In this document: positions 1 through 9,281 of the stretch, in pieces | Numbering within the stretch: the first letter of the stretch is position 1 | Layout: each line of letters starts with the position of its first letter | Origin: Alphaproteobacteria bacterium | GTDB taxonomy: Bacteria > Pseudomonadota > Alphaproteobacteria > UBA2966 | Assembly: GCA_964291395.2 (NCBI GenBank) | Contig: OZ219858.1 | Span: forward strand, 800,001-864,000 | Direction of reading: 5' to 3' | Length of the DNA stretch: 64,000 nt | Program-made: the position numbers and the translations under genes | Notes under the pieces: model-generated | The model's database searches: none | Told to the model about the DNA's origin: nothing | What the model saw: only the letters and a program-made list of their open reading frames with translations

Positions 1-67
1 CCCTCTCCTCGACGCGAAGCGAGTCGACGGTGCGCTTGGTGATCCTGAGTTCGCTTCGCCTCGGCAC
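1..67 (-). mobile_element. 5' end of a tyrosine integrase with arm-type DNA-binding N-terminus; runs off the left edge
   Basis: Manual translation from GTG at 67 gives VPRRSELRITKRTVDSLRVEER, resembling the (I/L)TKRTVDxL start of arm-binding (DUF4102-type) integrases. GGGAG SD lies upstream. Not in the ORF track. Confidence 0.6.
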
Positions 68-548
68 GGCGCCCCCGGCTCCCATAACCGACGACGGGCG
101 GCGCGATCCGTCATCAAACCGCACACGCCCGGCATAAAATCGGGGCGCATCCAAGCGCATGCGCGATGGGAACACAAGCGGCGCGAACGGAGGATGAGGC
201 AAAAAATATAGTGAATATAATGCGTTATACGCACCCGAGCGCAGTCCGTGCAGGGCCGGCGTTCGGCGGCATCGACAGCCCATGCGCAGTCGAATAGGAA
301 TCGTTCCGCGCGACCGACGACGCATCCGCTTCGTGTGGACCGGCCGGGGACCGGCGGACGCCGAGATCTTGAGCTGGCGGGACCGGAAGGCCGAGAGCAG
401 GCCATGTGTTCAGGGCGGCCTTACTTGTCGCCGAGTCGCGATTGCGATAGATACCGGTCCGGCAGCCCGAGAACCGACGGTAAGCTGCCCTGGCATAACC
501 CGAAGGCGCGGGTTCGGAATTCGCGCCGCCGGAAACCGAGGAAGAGCC

Positions 549-1472
549 GTGCCTGGCGTTCTGTGGCTCGCGTCGTACCCCAAGTCCGGCAACACGTGGG
601 TTCGCGCCTTCATCGCGAACTACCTGGTGAACGCCGATTCACCCGTCCCGATCAACGATCTTCCCGAATTCGTCAAGGGCGACGGCCCCAAGCACTTCTA
701 CGAAGAAGTTCTCGGATTCCCCATAACCAAACCGCTGTCCCCGAAGGAGACCCAGGAGCTGCGGCTTCTCGTGCACAAGAAATTCGCATACGAGAGCCAG
801 AACACGACGATCGTCAAGACCCATAACGCGATCGCATACCTCGACGACATCCCGACCATCAATCCCGAGGCTACCGAGGGCGCCGTGTACATCATGCGCA
901 ATCCGCTCGACGTCGTGCTGAGCTATGCGCATCACTACGGCATGACCCACGACGAGGCGATCGAGAGGCTGGGTTCTGAGGAAAACGCCCTGGGCGGAAC
1001 GGAACGGCAGGTCCTGCAGTTCCTGGGAAGCTGGAGCCAGCATGTCCGGAGCTGGGTCGAGGCTCCGGGCCTCAAGGTCCACGTCATGCGTTACGAGGAC
1101 ATGCTTCTCGGACCCTCCGACTCGTTCTCCGGACTCGTCAAGTTCCTGGAGCTTCCCGAAGAGCCCGAGCGGCGCGAGAGGGCCATCGAATTCAGCTCGT
1201 TCAAAACGCTGGCGGGCCAGGAGAGGTCCCAAGGGTTCATCGAGGCCGTTCCCGCCAGGGAGCATGCGGCATTTCGGGGCAAGAGCGTGGAAACGGTGCC
1301 GCAAACCGCCAGGTTCCAGGGCGAGAACCGGGTTCGCTTTTTCCGTTCGGGGAAACTGGGGGCCTGGCGCGACCAGCTCACCGAGGAACAGGTATCCCGC
1401 GTCGTCGACGATCACCGGGAGGTGATGGAGGCGCACGGCTATCTCGATGAACGGGGCGCACCGGTATTCTGA
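549..1472 (+). CDS. PAPS-dependent sulfotransferase
   Basis: WLASYPKSGNTW (5'-PSB loop), YIMRNPLDVVLS (3'-PB), RYED and FFRSGKLGAWR motifs. GTG at 549 follows GAGGAAG; the track start at 282 is over-extended. Confidence 0.9.
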   Translation: MPGVLWLASYPKSGNTWVRAFIANYLVNADSPVPINDLPEFVKGDGPKHFYEEVLGFPITKPLSPKETQELRLLVHKKFAYESQNTTIVKTHNAIAYLDDIPTINPEATEGAVYIMRNPLDVVLSYAHHYGMTHDEAIERLGSEENALGGTERQVLQFLGSWSQHVRSWVEAPGLKVHVMRYEDMLLGPSDSFSGLVKFLELPEEPERRERAIEFSSFKTLAGQERSQGFIEAVPAREHAAFRGKSVETVPQTARFQGENRVRFFRSGKLGAWRDQLTEEQVSRVVDDHREVMEAHGYLDERGAPVF

Positions 1473-1538
1473 GCGCCGGCCGGGACCGGACCCGGGGTCC
1501 GAATTGCTCCGGAGCCCGCCGGCCGGCCCCCTGATGTC

Positions 1539-3293
1539 ATGGAAACGCGGCGCCCGCTCCTGAACCTGTTGCTCGCCGGTCCGGCGAATGCCGGGGTCAC
1601 GGCGCTCACGCGCCGTCTCGCCGGCGAGGATGACAGTCCGTTCCCGACCGGGGACAACGACTGCGTCGCGATCGACGCCTCGGCCGACTCCGCCGGGATC
1701 CTGCAACGGGTGATGCGGGAAACCGTCGTCGCGGATGGCCTCGTACTGGTGTGCGACGCTGCCGACCGGCGTTTCGAGCGTTTCGAGAGCGCCGCGCGGC
1801 TGGCCTCGGTGCTGGGCATCGACCAGGTCGTGGTCGCACTCAACAAAGTAGACCGCCTCGCGACCCCGGACGAACTGGACGAGGCGCGGGAGCGCGTCCG
1901 GCGGACGATCGTCCGGACCGGGGTGGAATGCCCGGCGATCGTGCCCCTGTCGGCGCGGACGGGCGGGAACGTCCGGGACTCCGCTGACGGGGTCCTCGGA
2001 AACGACGGCCCCTCGCTCACCGACATCATCAGCGGCTTCGAGGCGCCGCCGACGCCGTCCGACCAGCCGCTGCGCCTCCCCCTGACGGGAACCGCCGACG
2101 ATGGCGGGCCGCGTTTCCACGAAGGCCGGCTGAAGAGCGGCGTGCTCGTGGAAGGGGACCGGGTCATCCTTTCCCCGTCCAACGTGGCGGCGCGCGCCGC
2201 TCGCCTGCGGATCCCGGATGGCGGCCGCGACACCCGGACCGCGCGCGCGGGCGACCGCGTGTCGTTGCTGCTGGATGCCGAAGCGGACGTCGCGCCGGGC
2301 CAGCTTCTCAGCCACGCCGAAAACCCTCCGGTGGAGTCGGACGTGTTTCGCGCCAAGGTTTGGTGGCGGCGGCGTCAGCCGCTGATCCCCGGTTCACGGA
2401 TCGGCGCGGACATCGGAGACCGGGTGGTGGACGCCGAGGTTCAGTCCATAGACCACGTCATCGATCCTTCCGAAATCGCGAACGTGGATGCCGACAGGCT
2501 GTCCCGCGGCCACATCGGCGAAGTCGTGGTGCGGGCCCCGGGGATGCTCGCGCTCGATACGCCGGCAACCTGTCCGGCGAATTCACGAGTCAGGTTCCTG
2601 GACGACGACGGCGTATCGGCCTGGGGCTTCATCGGCATGGAAGGCTACGCCGACCAGCGGAACGTCGTAACGGTCCGGGCGACGAACGTGACGCGGGTGG
2701 CTCACCACGTCTGGACCGACGCGCGCGTCGCAAGGCACAGGCACCGCGGGGGCGTGCTCTGGTTCACCGGCCTCTCCGGCGCCGGCAAGTCCACGCTGGC
2801 CGTCGAGGTCGAACGGTCGCTGTTCGACAAGGGGTACGAGGTCTACGTGCTGGACGGCGACAACGTGCGCCACGGGCTCAACGCGGACCTCGGGTTCTCC
2901 CCCGAGGACCGTTCCGAGAACATCCGACGGGTGGGGGAGGTCGCGGCGCTGTTTTCCCGCGCCGGCATCGTCGCCATCTCGGCGTTCATCTCGCCGTACC
3001 GTTCCGACCGCGCGCGCGCGCGCGCCGCGGCCGGAGACGGCTTCCACGAGATCCACATCAAGGCGCCGCTCGAAGTCTGCGAACGCCGGGATCCCAAGGG
3101 TCTCTATGCGCGGGCGCGAAGCGGCGAGATCAGGGACTTCACGGGAATCTCGGCTCCCTACGAGTCGCCCGAAGCGCCCGACCTCGTCGTCGACACGGCG
3201 GCGAACGACGTCGCGTCTTGCGTCGGACGGGTGGTGGCCTACGTCGAGACCGTCTTGTCGGTGGACGGCGGGCCGGGCGCCCCTAAGCCTTAG
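1539..3293 (+). CDS. cysC: CysNC/NodQ-like protein: degenerate EF-Tu-like GTPase region fused to adenylyl-sulfate kinase
   Basis: C-terminal WFTGLSGAGKST, LDGDNVRHGL, DRSENIRR, RDPKGLY and FTGISAPYE. The N-terminus keeps NKVD and PLSA, but the G1 position reads GPANAGVTA. Confidence 0.85.
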   Translation: METRRPLLNLLLAGPANAGVTALTRRLAGEDDSPFPTGDNDCVAIDASADSAGILQRVMRETVVADGLVLVCDAADRRFERFESAARLASVLGIDQVVVALNKVDRLATPDELDEARERVRRTIVRTGVECPAIVPLSARTGGNVRDSADGVLGNDGPSLTDIISGFEAPPTPSDQPLRLPLTGTADDGGPRFHEGRLKSGVLVEGDRVILSPSNVAARAARLRIPDGGRDTRTARAGDRVSLLLDAEADVAPGQLLSHAENPPVESDVFRAKVWWRRRQPLIPGSRIGADIGDRVVDAEVQSIDHVIDPSEIANVDADRLSRGHIGEVVVRAPGMLALDTPATCPANSRVRFLDDDGVSAWGFIGMEGYADQRNVVTVRATNVTRVAHHVWTDARVARHRHRGGVLWFTGLSGAGKSTLAVEVERSLFDKGYEVYVLDGDNVRHGLNADLGFSPEDRSENIRRVGEVAALFSRAGIVAISAFISPYRSDRARARAAAGDGFHEIHIKAPLEVCERRDPKGLYARARSGEIRDFTGISAPYESPEAPDLVVDTAANDVASCVGRVVAYVETVLSVDGGPGAPKP

Positions 3294-3906
3294 GGGCGGA
3301 GAGACCGGCGATCGCGGCAAGCCCCGCCGCCCCGCAGTTCAAAAGGCGGGGGGCCGTGTCGGACGTCAGGCCTCCGAGGGCGTAGACGGGGAAGTCCCGG
3401 AGCATCCGTCTCGCCGCCCGGTTGAGCGCGGAGAACCGGACCGCTCCGAGCGGCCGCACGTCCGGATGGCTTTCGGTGGCGAACACCGGTCCGAGCAGCG
3501 CGGCGTCCGATCCGGCGCGCCACGCCGCCACGAGCCCCCGCCGTGAATGAGCGGCCGCCGTGATGATCCATTGGGGACGGTGTCGCCGCCATCGCCGCGC
3601 TTCCGCCGACCGTCTCTCGGGGAAATGCACTCCCTCGGCGGAAACGCGCATGGCCAGGGGGCCGTCGCCGCCGATGAGCAATCGCAGGCCGCGATGCCGG
3701 CACAGGCTGGCCAGTTCCCGCGCGAGAGCGGGTCGATCCGGATCGTCGTAGTGGCGCAGGATCACTCCGGCGCCGCGGGGGAGCGTCGCCGCGGCGGGCA
3801 GCGGGTCGGGCAGGCGCACGCCGTCCGTCAGCAACAGGATCGGAGGCAGTTTGCCCCCGCCGGGATGCCGCGAATTGAGGCGCGTGGCGAGCTCTGTTAG
3901 GGTCAT
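3283..3906 (-). CDS. Thiamine-phosphate synthase ThiE/TenI family
   Basis: GVHFPE, AAHS, GPVFATESHP and PVYALGG motifs. Confidence 0.85.
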   Translation of the reverse strand: MTLTELATRLNSRHPGGGKLPPILLLTDGVRLPDPLPAAATLPRGAGVILRHYDDPDRPALARELASLCRHRGLRLLIGGDGPLAMRVSAEGVHFPERRSAEARRWRRHRPQWIITAAAHSRRGLVAAWRAGSDAALLGPVFATESHPDVRPLGAVRFSALNRAARRMLRDFPVYALGGLTSDTAPRLLNCGAAGLAAIAGLSAPKA

Positions 3907-3960
3907 GCGTCGGAGTCGAAGAGCTCCCGCGACAGTGCCACGAGCGCGGAGTCACCGCAA

Positions 3961-4653
3961 TTGGCGGATCGCCATCAGGATGCCGTCGATGTCGCGGCCA
4001 ATCTTCGAGCGGTACAGGAGCGAATCGCCGGGGCCGCCCGGGAATCCCGCCGGGAGGCGCCGGACGTAAGCCTGATCGCGGTCTCCAAGACCCACGGCGC
4101 CGAACGCATCGCGCCGGCGCTGGACGCGGGCCACCGGATATTCGGGGAGAATCGGGTCCAGGAAGCGGAGGCGAAGTGGCCGCCGCTCAGGCAGGCCTTC
4201 CCCTCGGTGGAGCTCCATCTCATCGGCCCGCTGCAGACCAACAAGGCGAAAGCGGCCGTCGCGTTGTTCGACGTCATCCAGACGGTCGACCGGCCGAAGC
4301 TCGCCGGGGTCCTGTCGGACGAGATGTCGCGTACGGGCCGGCGACGGGAATGCTACGTCGAGGTGAACATCGGCGAGGAATCCCGGAAGGCGGGCGTGCC
4401 GCCGATGGAGGCCGACCGGTTCATCGCGGAATGCCGGGAACGGTATCAGCTGCCGGTGCGGGGCGTGATGTGCATCCCCCCGTTCGATCAGGAGCCCTCC
4501 CCCTATTTTGCGCTGTTGGCGAAGATCGCGGAACGGAACGGTCTCCCTTCGATCAGCATGGGGATGAGCGGCGACTACGAAATTGCCGTCGCTTTCGGCG
4601 CCACCCACGTCCGGGTCGGCACCGCCATCTTCGGCCCCCGCGAGCCACGGTGA
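3961..4653 (+). CDS. yggS: YggS family PLP-binding protein
   Basis: LIAVSKT, FGENRVQE, HLIGPLQTNK, SMGMSGDY, VRVGTAIFG. Confidence 0.95.
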   Translation: MADRHQDAVDVAANLRAVQERIAGAARESRREAPDVSLIAVSKTHGAERIAPALDAGHRIFGENRVQEAEAKWPPLRQAFPSVELHLIGPLQTNKAKAAVALFDVIQTVDRPKLAGVLSDEMSRTGRRRECYVEVNIGEESRKAGVPPMEADRFIAECRERYQLPVRGVMCIPPFDQEPSPYFALLAKIAERNGLPSISMGMSGDYEIAVAFGATHVRVGTAIFGPREPR

Positions 4654-4675
4654 TGCGCCGCGGACCGCCGCCGAT

Positions 4676-5176
4676 TCATCCCCGTATGTCGATTTCCGTA
4701 TCTCGATCGCAGTCCCTCAGTACGGCGAGAAGATCGTCCATCGCGAGCGCGACGCATCCCGCCGTCGGGGCGAACCGGTCGCGCGCGACGTGCAGAAAGA
4801 TCGCGCTGCCCCGGCCCGGCGACGGCGGCCGGTCGTTGTAGCCGATCACCAAGACGACGTCGTAGACGTGATCGTCACGCCACAGCCGTTCGGCGCTGCA
4901 GACGTGGGGCAGGGACACCAGCCGGTTGTAGGACGGGTCCCGCGGATCGTCGCACCAGCCGTCGTGCATCCGGATCGGCCGGACAGGGAGGCCGGTCTCC
5001 GGGCGGGATACGCGGTCCTGCCGGTAGAGCACCTGCCGCAAGGGGTGGACACCGGCCGGCGTCGCGCCGTCGCCCTCCCGTTTTTCCGCGGTCACGCCGC
5101 CCCACCCGAGAGCGCAAGGATAGACGGCCCCTTGGAAGGCGAGCGCCGCTTCCGCGCTAACGACGATGCGGTTCAG
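4676..5176 (-). CDS. L,D-transpeptidase family protein
   Basis: KREGDGATP, WCDDP and GSAIFLH...PTAGCVA. The frame stays open upstream of the track start through YPCALGWGG to a CTG at 5176; start uncertain. Confidence 0.8.
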   Translation of the reverse strand: MNRIVVSAEAALAFQGAVYPCALGWGGVTAEKREGDGATPAGVHPLRQVLYRQDRVSRPETGLPVRPIRMHDGWCDDPRDPSYNRLVSLPHVCSAERLWRDDHVYDVVLVIGYNDRPPSPGRGSAIFLHVARDRFAPTAGCVALAMDDLLAVLRDCDRDTEIDIRG

Positions 5177-5300
5177 TTTGAAATCTCATGGCGCCGGTAA
5201 CGGCCCTGCCTGTCGTATCGACGAGGGCCTCGGCCTGCTTGTCGTCGAACCCGGCGCCCTTGAGTTCCTCGACCGCTGCAGGCGTATCGAAGTTGCTCAT
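5157..5300 (-). pseudogene. Truncated DUF1640/CCDC90-like remnant (47 aa)
   Basis: MSNFDTPAAVEELKGAGFDDKQAEALV resembles the FDT...L..AGF...QAEA family N-terminus; the coiled-coil and TM tail are missing. Confidence 0.55.
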
Positions 5301-5371
5301 GTCCCGGATCATAGTGCCGGAACGAATTTTGACAATCGGGCGCACGCCGGAGTGACGTACGGGAGTTCGTG

Positions 5372-6043
5372 TCAGTGGGCGAGGCGAAACAGCAGCCGAT
5401 ATAAGCCGTAATTCAGCTCGGACCCGGTTCCCTGGGCCCGAATCACGGATTCTTTCAGGAGCGCCGCCCGCGCCGCCTGCAGATCCTCGGGCCGCGTGCC
5501 CTCCCAGGCGATGAGCCAGTCGATCGCAGCCGTCGTCGTGGGCACGAACCCCCGGGACCCCGCCGCGAGCGCCTCGGCGTTCGTCTCCCACAAGTGCGCC
5601 GACACCACACCGTGCTGGTTCACGAGTCGGGGCAGCGCCACGTGGGTGATCCAGGCGCGCAGGTCTTCCTGGCGGCCGGCCTCCGGTCTCAGCGCCAGAA
5701 ATCCCATGACTCCGCCCTCGCCCTCGCCGGCGCTCGCCGTGACGGAACAGATGGTGCGCCGCGTGTTGTAGAACTTGGGCACGTTCTCCCGCTCCGCCAG
5801 GTCCGGGTTGCCGCCCGCGTCGAGATAGTCCTGGGAGGCGAGCACCGACACGTCGTCCGTGCCGTAGACCGCCGCGTAGCGCGGCGACCCCAGGATCGCC
5901 TCGTAGCGCTTGCCCCACTGGAAGCCGTCGACGATCACGCGGCTCTTCACGTGCTCGCGGGTGTACCATTCGTCGACCGCGTCGTCTTCGTCGAGCGGGA
6001 AGTCCGTAAAGATGATGAGTATGCCCTTCGGCGCCGCGGCCAT
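5372..6043 (-). CDS. Hypothetical protein, tandem dimeric alpha-beta barrel (DUF4286/EthD-like)
   Basis: DEWYTREHV...GFQWGKRY...PRYAAVY and a second repeat LRAWITHVALP. Confidence 0.65.
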   Translation of the reverse strand: MAAAPKGILIIFTDFPLDEDDAVDEWYTREHVKSRVIVDGFQWGKRYEAILGSPRYAAVYGTDDVSVLASQDYLDAGGNPDLAERENVPKFYNTRRTICSVTASAGEGEGGVMGFLALRPEAGRQEDLRAWITHVALPRLVNQHGVVSAHLWETNAEALAAGSRGFVPTTTAAIDWLIAWEGTRPEDLQAARAALLKESVIRAQGTGSELNYGLYRLLFRLAH

Positions 6044-6066
6044 GATACGACCCCTTCCCCGCCCGG

Positions 6067-6309
6067 CTACGAGACCCGCCTGATCAGGAATTCGTAGACC
6101 CCGGCGTCGTCACGCCATTCCGTGAGCTCGTTTGCCGAGGCATCACAGTAGGCCTGGAAATCGGCGATCGAACCGGGATCCGTCGCCAGAACGCGCAGCA
6201 GTCCGCCCGGCGGCACGTCCCGCAGCGCCTTGCGGGCCCTGAGCACGGGCAGCGGGCATTTCAACCCCTTGGCGTCGAGGACGACCTCGGCGGCGGCGTG
6301 TTCGCTCAC
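6067..6309 (-). CDS. tusA: TusA/SirA family sulfur carrier
   Basis: LDAKGLKCPLPVL...VLATDPGS; GGGAGG SD. Confidence 0.9.
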   Translation of the reverse strand: MSEHAAAEVVLDAKGLKCPLPVLRARKALRDVPPGGLLRVLATDPGSIADFQAYCDASANELTEWRDDAGVYEFLIRRVS

Positions 6310-6518
6310 TCGCGCGACCTCCCTTCGATTGGTTTCGCTCGATGGTATGCCGGTCCCGGCCGCGGAACAATCGTTCGAAGTCCGACAAGTGAGGATGCGG
6401 GTTGCCCCGGGCCTTGACGCGGCGGGGACGAGGTCCTATGGCGCTTCAGGTCGGGCCTGAACCGCTCCGACGGTCGACGCGGGGCGGAGGGCCGCCACCA
6501 TGCTTCGGGGAGAAGACG

Positions 6519-7335
6519 ATGAAAGCGAAATCCAACGGCATCGAGATCAACTATGCGGTCGAAGGGCCCGAGGACGCGCCCGTCGTGGTCATGAGCCATT
6601 CGCTGGCCTCGAGCCATCGCATGTGGGACTCCCAGATGCCGGTCCTGTCGGATTACCGGGTCTACCGGTTCGACACGCGCGGCCACGGCGGCACCGACGC
6701 GCCGGACGGTCCCTACGACCTCGATATGCTGGCTGGCGGACGACGCGCGCGGCTTGCTCGATGCCCTGGGCCTCGGCGCGGTCCATTTCGTGGGCCTGTC
6801 GATGGGCGGCATGATCGGCCAGATGCTGGCGATCAAGTATCCCGAGGTCCTGCTCTCCGCAACGCTCTGCGCGACCTCGAGCCGCATGCCCGAGGAAGCC
6901 TGGCCAGCCTGGCGGGAACGTATCGACACGGCGAAGGCGCATGGTATGGGAGCGCTCGTCGAAGCCACCATCGAACGCTGGTTCACGCGAAACTTCATCG
7001 CCTCGAACGAGAACGCCGTCGGCCCGATCCGCGATCTGGTGCGGTCGACTCCCGTGCAGGGCTATACCAGTTGCATCGAGGCCATCATGAAGCTCGACAT
7101 CACCGACCGCCTGAGATCGGTGAACCTGCCGACCTTGATCATCGCCGGCGAAGACGACGAGTCCACGCCGGTGGCGGCTCACGAGGCCATCCACGCGGCC
7201 GTCTCCGGCTCCGAACTGGTGGTGGTGCCGACGGCCAAGCACTTCGTCAACGTCGAGCAGAGCGGACCCGTCAACGACGCCCTGAGCCGCTTCCTGGCTC
7301 GGCACGCGGGCGGACGGGCTCGGGCGGCGGAGTAG
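6519..7335 (+). pseudogene. 3-oxoadipate enol-lactonase-like alpha/beta hydrolase, frameshifted
   Basis: N-half (MKAKSNGIEINY...SHSL...DTRGHG) and C-half (GLSMGG...GEDD...H) lie in different frames, joined by a CTGG-CTGG duplication at 6729-6736. Confidence 0.85.
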
Positions 7336-7523
7336 GCGATACGGTTGGACGGTTCCGTGGTCCAAGCCGTATTGACTCGGTGGGGAGAAGACCACCACGT
7401 GAAGTTGGTCGATGCCGGGGAGTCGTCTTCAACCTCCTGAAATCGCCACCACTCCAGAAGGGTCTACGTCCATCATTCGCACAATGTTGGGGAGCGCGCT
7501 ATACGGCCCGTATCGGGCCACAT

Positions 7524-7542
7524 TATGAGAATTATTCGCATT
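7524..7542. promoter_or_regulatory. Fur-type box upstream of hemP
   Basis: TATGAGAATTATTCGCATT, an imperfect 9-1-9 palindrome matching the other sites in the cluster. Confidence 0.75.
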
Positions 7543-7623
7543 TGCATTTACAATCCAAATCCTTTGCGCTATAGAAGGACGGTGTCGAACGTCGTTCGAG
7601 CTTGAGCGACGGGAGACGCGTCC

Positions 7624-7854
7624 GTGACGAGCGAGGCGGAGGAGATGGACAAATCTCTTCTCGAATCGATGTTCCGCGAACACTGGCGATCCCCTCGGAC
7701 AGAACACGCAACCGTGTCCGAACGGGGCGCCGGGACGCGGGAGATCACCAGCCGGGATCTGCTGGGCGACGGCCGCGAAGTCATCATCCGGCATGGCGCG
7801 GAAGCCTACCGACTCAAGCTGACCAACAGCGGCAAGCTGCTGCTGACGAAATGA
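7624..7854 (+). CDS. hemP: Hemin uptake protein HemP
   Basis: SRDLLGDGREVIIRHGAEAYRLKLTNSGKLLLTK; alternative ATG at 7645 follows GGAGG. Confidence 0.9.
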   Translation: MTSEAEEMDKSLLESMFREHWRSPRTEHATVSERGAGTREITSRDLLGDGREVIIRHGAEAYRLKLTNSGKLLLTK

Positions 7855-7985
7855 ACCGCAGAGAGGTGCGATCTCTCCACCGCCTCCAACGACGCATCGA
7901 ACCAAGCCAGCCAACGGCGCGCGACCGCGACACCAGCCAGCCAGGTTCCCAACCCAATGAGGACCGACAAGGGAGCCAGACCGCA

Positions 7986-8801
7986 GTGTCACGCCACAAC
8001 ACCGATCACTACCACACACCGAACCCGGCCGACGGGTCCGAAGCCGCGTCGAAGGACGCCGGTACGTCCGTCGTCTACGTCCGCCCGAAGGACGTTCACC
8101 TGACCCTCGCCGACCTGACGGAAGCGGAGAGCCTCGTCCTGTGGGCCATCAGGACCTGGGTTCGAGGTTTCATGCGGGATATTCCCGTTGCCAAGAGCAT
8201 CGTCAACGGATTGCGCCGCGCGCACGCCGAGAAGATCTTTATGGAACTCGACGGACTCATGTCGCTCTTCGGACGCAACGCGCGACGGCGTCTCGACGTT
8301 CGGTGCCCCGCGTGCGGCTCTCTGAGCCCTGACGAGTACGGCTTTCTGCTGCTCATCGGAGCGGCCCAAGCCGGGCTGAAGGACCTGGTCCAAGCAGTCG
8401 CACGGGAAGGGCTGGAACCTCCGGCTCCGTCATATGGTGCCCTACAGGCCGATCGACTGGCGGCGAATCTGCGCGCCGGTGGGATTGAGCTGCCGCTGCG
8501 GACTCCCAAGGTTGCCGAGAATTCCTCCATGCACGCAATGGCACCCCTTCCGGGCAACCGTACCGTTCGTCTCGGGGTGACAGGACGCGCCGTGGCGGCT
8601 CGGCGGGAGGAGCGGATTGTTTCATGGCCTGCACTCGCCCCGCCACTTGAACTGAACCTGGGAATTGGGGACGGCACCGTGGGCCGAGGGCCTCGGACGC
8701 CGGGTCTCCCGACCGTCGACCTGCGGTGCCCCGTGTCGTTCCTGTGGCGTTGGTGGGCTCAAACCGCCGGCGAGTATCGACCGACGATTTGCCGCTATTG
8801 A
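7986..8801 (+). CDS. Hypothetical protein with CPAC motif, probably iron-regulated
   Basis: Protein-like core LVLWAIRTW...RRLDVRCPACGSLSPDE. GTG at 7986 follows GGGAG; the last ~80 aa look non-coding-like. Confidence 0.6.
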   Translation: MSRHNTDHYHTPNPADGSEAASKDAGTSVVYVRPKDVHLTLADLTEAESLVLWAIRTWVRGFMRDIPVAKSIVNGLRRAHAEKIFMELDGLMSLFGRNARRRLDVRCPACGSLSPDEYGFLLLIGAAQAGLKDLVQAVAREGLEPPAPSYGALQADRLAANLRAGGIELPLRTPKVAENSSMHAMAPLPGNRTVRLGVTGRAVAARREERIVSWPALAPPLELNLGIGDGTVGRGPRTPGLPTVDLRCPVSFLWRWWAQTAGEYRPTICRY

Positions 8802-8837
8802 AAATCATTCGTAAAGGTATTGACAATCATTCTTATT
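8797..8837. promoter_or_regulatory. Two Fur-type boxes upstream of bfd
   Basis: ATTGAAAATCATTCGTAAA (8797-8815) and ATTGACAATCATTCTTATT (8819-8837), the second containing TTGACA. Confidence 0.7.
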
Positions 8838-8888
8838 TGCACCAAAAAGGGGCTGCAACAGGACACCGACAGGACGGCGCCACGAGCC

Positions 8889-9080
8889 ATGTACGTTTGC
8901 ATCTGTAATCGTTACCGGGACAGCGACCTCCGCGACCTCGCGGCTGACGGCGCCCGCTCGGCGGAAGAAGCGTATTCCGTGCTCGGAAACGGTCCGCAGT
9001 GCGGCCGCTGCCTTCAATTCGCCCAGGCCCTGATGGACGAAGTGACGGCGGCGGCGGTCGCGGAATCGACCGTGGGCTGA
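8889..9080 (+). CDS. bfd: Bacterioferritin-associated ferredoxin
   Basis: MYVCIC...CGRC [2Fe-2S] pattern, 63 aa. Confidence 0.9.
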   Translation: MYVCICNRYRDSDLRDLAADGARSAEEAYSVLGNGPQCGRCLQFAQALMDEVTAAAVAESTVG

Positions 9081-9281
9081 CGAGTTCGGGACGGGAAATC
9101 CCGGCGATGTTCTGTTGGCCCCGACTTCGTTCAAAAAACCTTCTGGCGGCCGCGCGCTATGTCTCGGGCGCGCTGTCGGCGGGCCAACCGCGCCCCCGGG
9201 ACCCGCAAGCGGGTTTGGCGGGATCGGCCGGCATGAAAATCGAGGACCCGGGCTCCGGGGTGACGGGACGGGTCCGGCCGG

